Shown in pieces: positions 62,164-64,000 of a DNA stretch of 64,000 nt. The translations under genes were made by a program, and so were the position numbers. The DNA comes from Saccostrea cucullata. Its lineage: Eukaryota. Within the stretch, counting starts at the first letter, position 1. Each line of letters starts with the position of its first letter. The notes under the pieces are model-generated. The model was not told the origin of the DNA and did no database searches. It saw only the letters and a program-made list of their open reading frames with translations. The DNA is taken from the NCBI RefSeq assembly GCF_032062105.1, contig NW_026933409.1, forward strand, positions 372,001-436,000. The letters run 5' to 3'.

Positions 62164-64000
62164 TACATGTATTTCACATATAAATATATCTCAATTGGTA
62201 AGTTGGTAACCCATATTAGTTTTGATTGAAATAATGCTAAACAAAAATAGCTTTCAAATGGCAAAATTTTCTTTCATGCATGAAATCATTTATTTGACAG
62301 CTTCCAAGAGATTCCGAAACGACCCTATATGACACAATACGAACTAACACTGATTTAGACGAGTATCGATTGGTTCAATTTGTCGTAGATGGCAGAGCTC
62401 CAGTGTCTTGGAAACACACACGAGGGCGCTGTCACTCTTAGACATATATTTGTTTGCTAAGGATGTATTCAGAGATTCAAAAGAAATAATGAAAGGTAAG
62501 AAGAATTGAACAATTTTTTATTGTTTTAATATTTTCTACATTTGATGAAGACGGAAAAAATTATAACAGTTTTGTAAAACAAAATGTTTCATTTTGGAAA
62601 CTGTAAACAGAAAAGTTTTTGAATTTCAAAATGTTTCAAAACAATTTCCTTCTTTATATATAGACAGATCATAAATCAACAGATTAATAAAATTGTTGTG
62701 CCACATAACCTGGAGTTTATGTCAGGGTCCTTTTTAAACAATATGTTACTTGCAATACTGAAAATCATCGTAGTGCCAAAACAATATACATTTTAGCGAA
62801 CTTTGGAGAAAGTCGTATGTTTAAAGCATGTTCACTGTTCATGAGAAAAGAGATTTTATGATATATTTATCTTGCAAGTTTACTTAATTTTACACGTTTG
62901 TGAACGTATTTGAATTGTATGCTTGAATTTATTTAATTAAATGTTTCTCTAACTTGATAGCGTAGTGGACATGACCCCTACGTGCTAATTAGTGAGTACG
63001 CTATAAGAATAATCTTTTTCTATCATATTCTCTATATAGTTGAGCTTTAGACCATATTTAAGATGACAAGTTTTTATTCCATTGGGTGTAAGTGTTAAAT
63101 CTGCTTAGAAAAGGTGCTAATAGATCGTGCTTAACATGATATAAGTATATCAGTCCAACGTGGTCTTTTGAATATTATAAATTATACTTTATGGCTAATA
63201 AAGGAAAGACATGTACTAATATGAATTGATTTAAAAAGCATGAGTGTACGAAACGTGCAACATGTGATGCTCTTTATATATAAATTGAATTACCATTGGG
63301 TATTTAAGGTGAAGTAAACCCCATTAATCACAAAGTACAGTGTATATTGTTTTATCCAAGCAAACTAATATTTTTCAAGCATTAAGTTCTTTCATTTTAG
63401 TTTAATTTTTTTCCAAAGATTTATTTCACAAAAGCATAGTTTTCGTACACCTTTCGAAAAAATAATCCAATTGAAAACTCTCAACATGTTTTAAAATGCA
63501 TAACATGTAGCTCCTGCAATTATTGCCAATAACTTCTCAAGTGAATGTCCCATTTGAGCGTTAGTTGAGTGGTTGAGTCAATTTCTTTTTTTACTCTAGG
63601 CTATCATTCAGCTGTATTTTGTTCCATGACCAGATAACTTTCTAGAGCAGTTTGTAACTTAAGCGATTCCAGGAGCCCCTTTCCGATCAATTAGGTGCGA
63701 TCCATGCAGTCTCCCTGAACATTCTTTCCTATCGTTTGTAAACGAAGAACCGCATATCTGACACAAAATAGGACTATTGAGTGAATAAGTTATTGATTTG
63801 ACAACATATCTTGTTAAAGAGATGAACCCTGTCAAAATCAGCATTTCTGGTATAGTGTTTTTATGCTGTGCTTTAATTTGTTCATAAATAATAAGGTTTG
63901 ACAGTTTCTGGAATTGATCCTCACAAAATCAAAAACCTCTAGTTACTGTTTGATCTCAACGATGACACAAAAATGAAGACTGCTAATAACAAATATACAT

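Noticed and set aside
63500-64000. Possible coding remnant on the minus strand (ORF 63659-63844)
   Set aside because: Stops and frameshifts, no recognisable motif, and truncated by the window edge.

Overview
AT-rich, intron-rich eukaryotic DNA whose repeat families and genes point to a bivalve mollusc, most likely an oyster. Genes assembled by hand from splice signals, all on the minus strand: (1) the 5' three exons of a secreted nacrein-like alpha-carbonic anhydrase (1-1502, runs off the window); (2) a probable small multi-exon gene of unknown function (about 4.7-9.7 kb); (3) a complete SHOC1/ZIP2-like meiotic gene of about 26 exons (19328-39420); (4) a short ZAP/PARP12-type CCCH zinc-finger gene with no WWE or PARP domain visible (about 46.9-48.1 kb); (5) an 11-exon secreted protein (50100-59946) with a His-rich N-terminus, a Thr/Pro stalk and a C-terminal domain resembling the Tae2/Tae3/Dae2 peptidoglycan amidases of type VI secretion origin, with the catalytic His apparently lost. 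A young full-length Ty3/Gypsy LTR retrotransposon (11322-18611; LTRs differ by one indel; TSD ATAG) carries a third ORF in the env position. It encodes a zinc-finger protein whose N-terminus (M-VNTKVTPRKS) is in exact register with the histone H3 tail (M-ARTKQTARKS). The remainder is a dense, nested set of Penelope-like (Naiad-type) RT fragments, HINE/Helentron-like satellite carriers, mariner, Harbinger, hAT-like and AcademH-like MITEs, and SINE/LINE ends. All homology calls come from recalled family motifs; no search was run.
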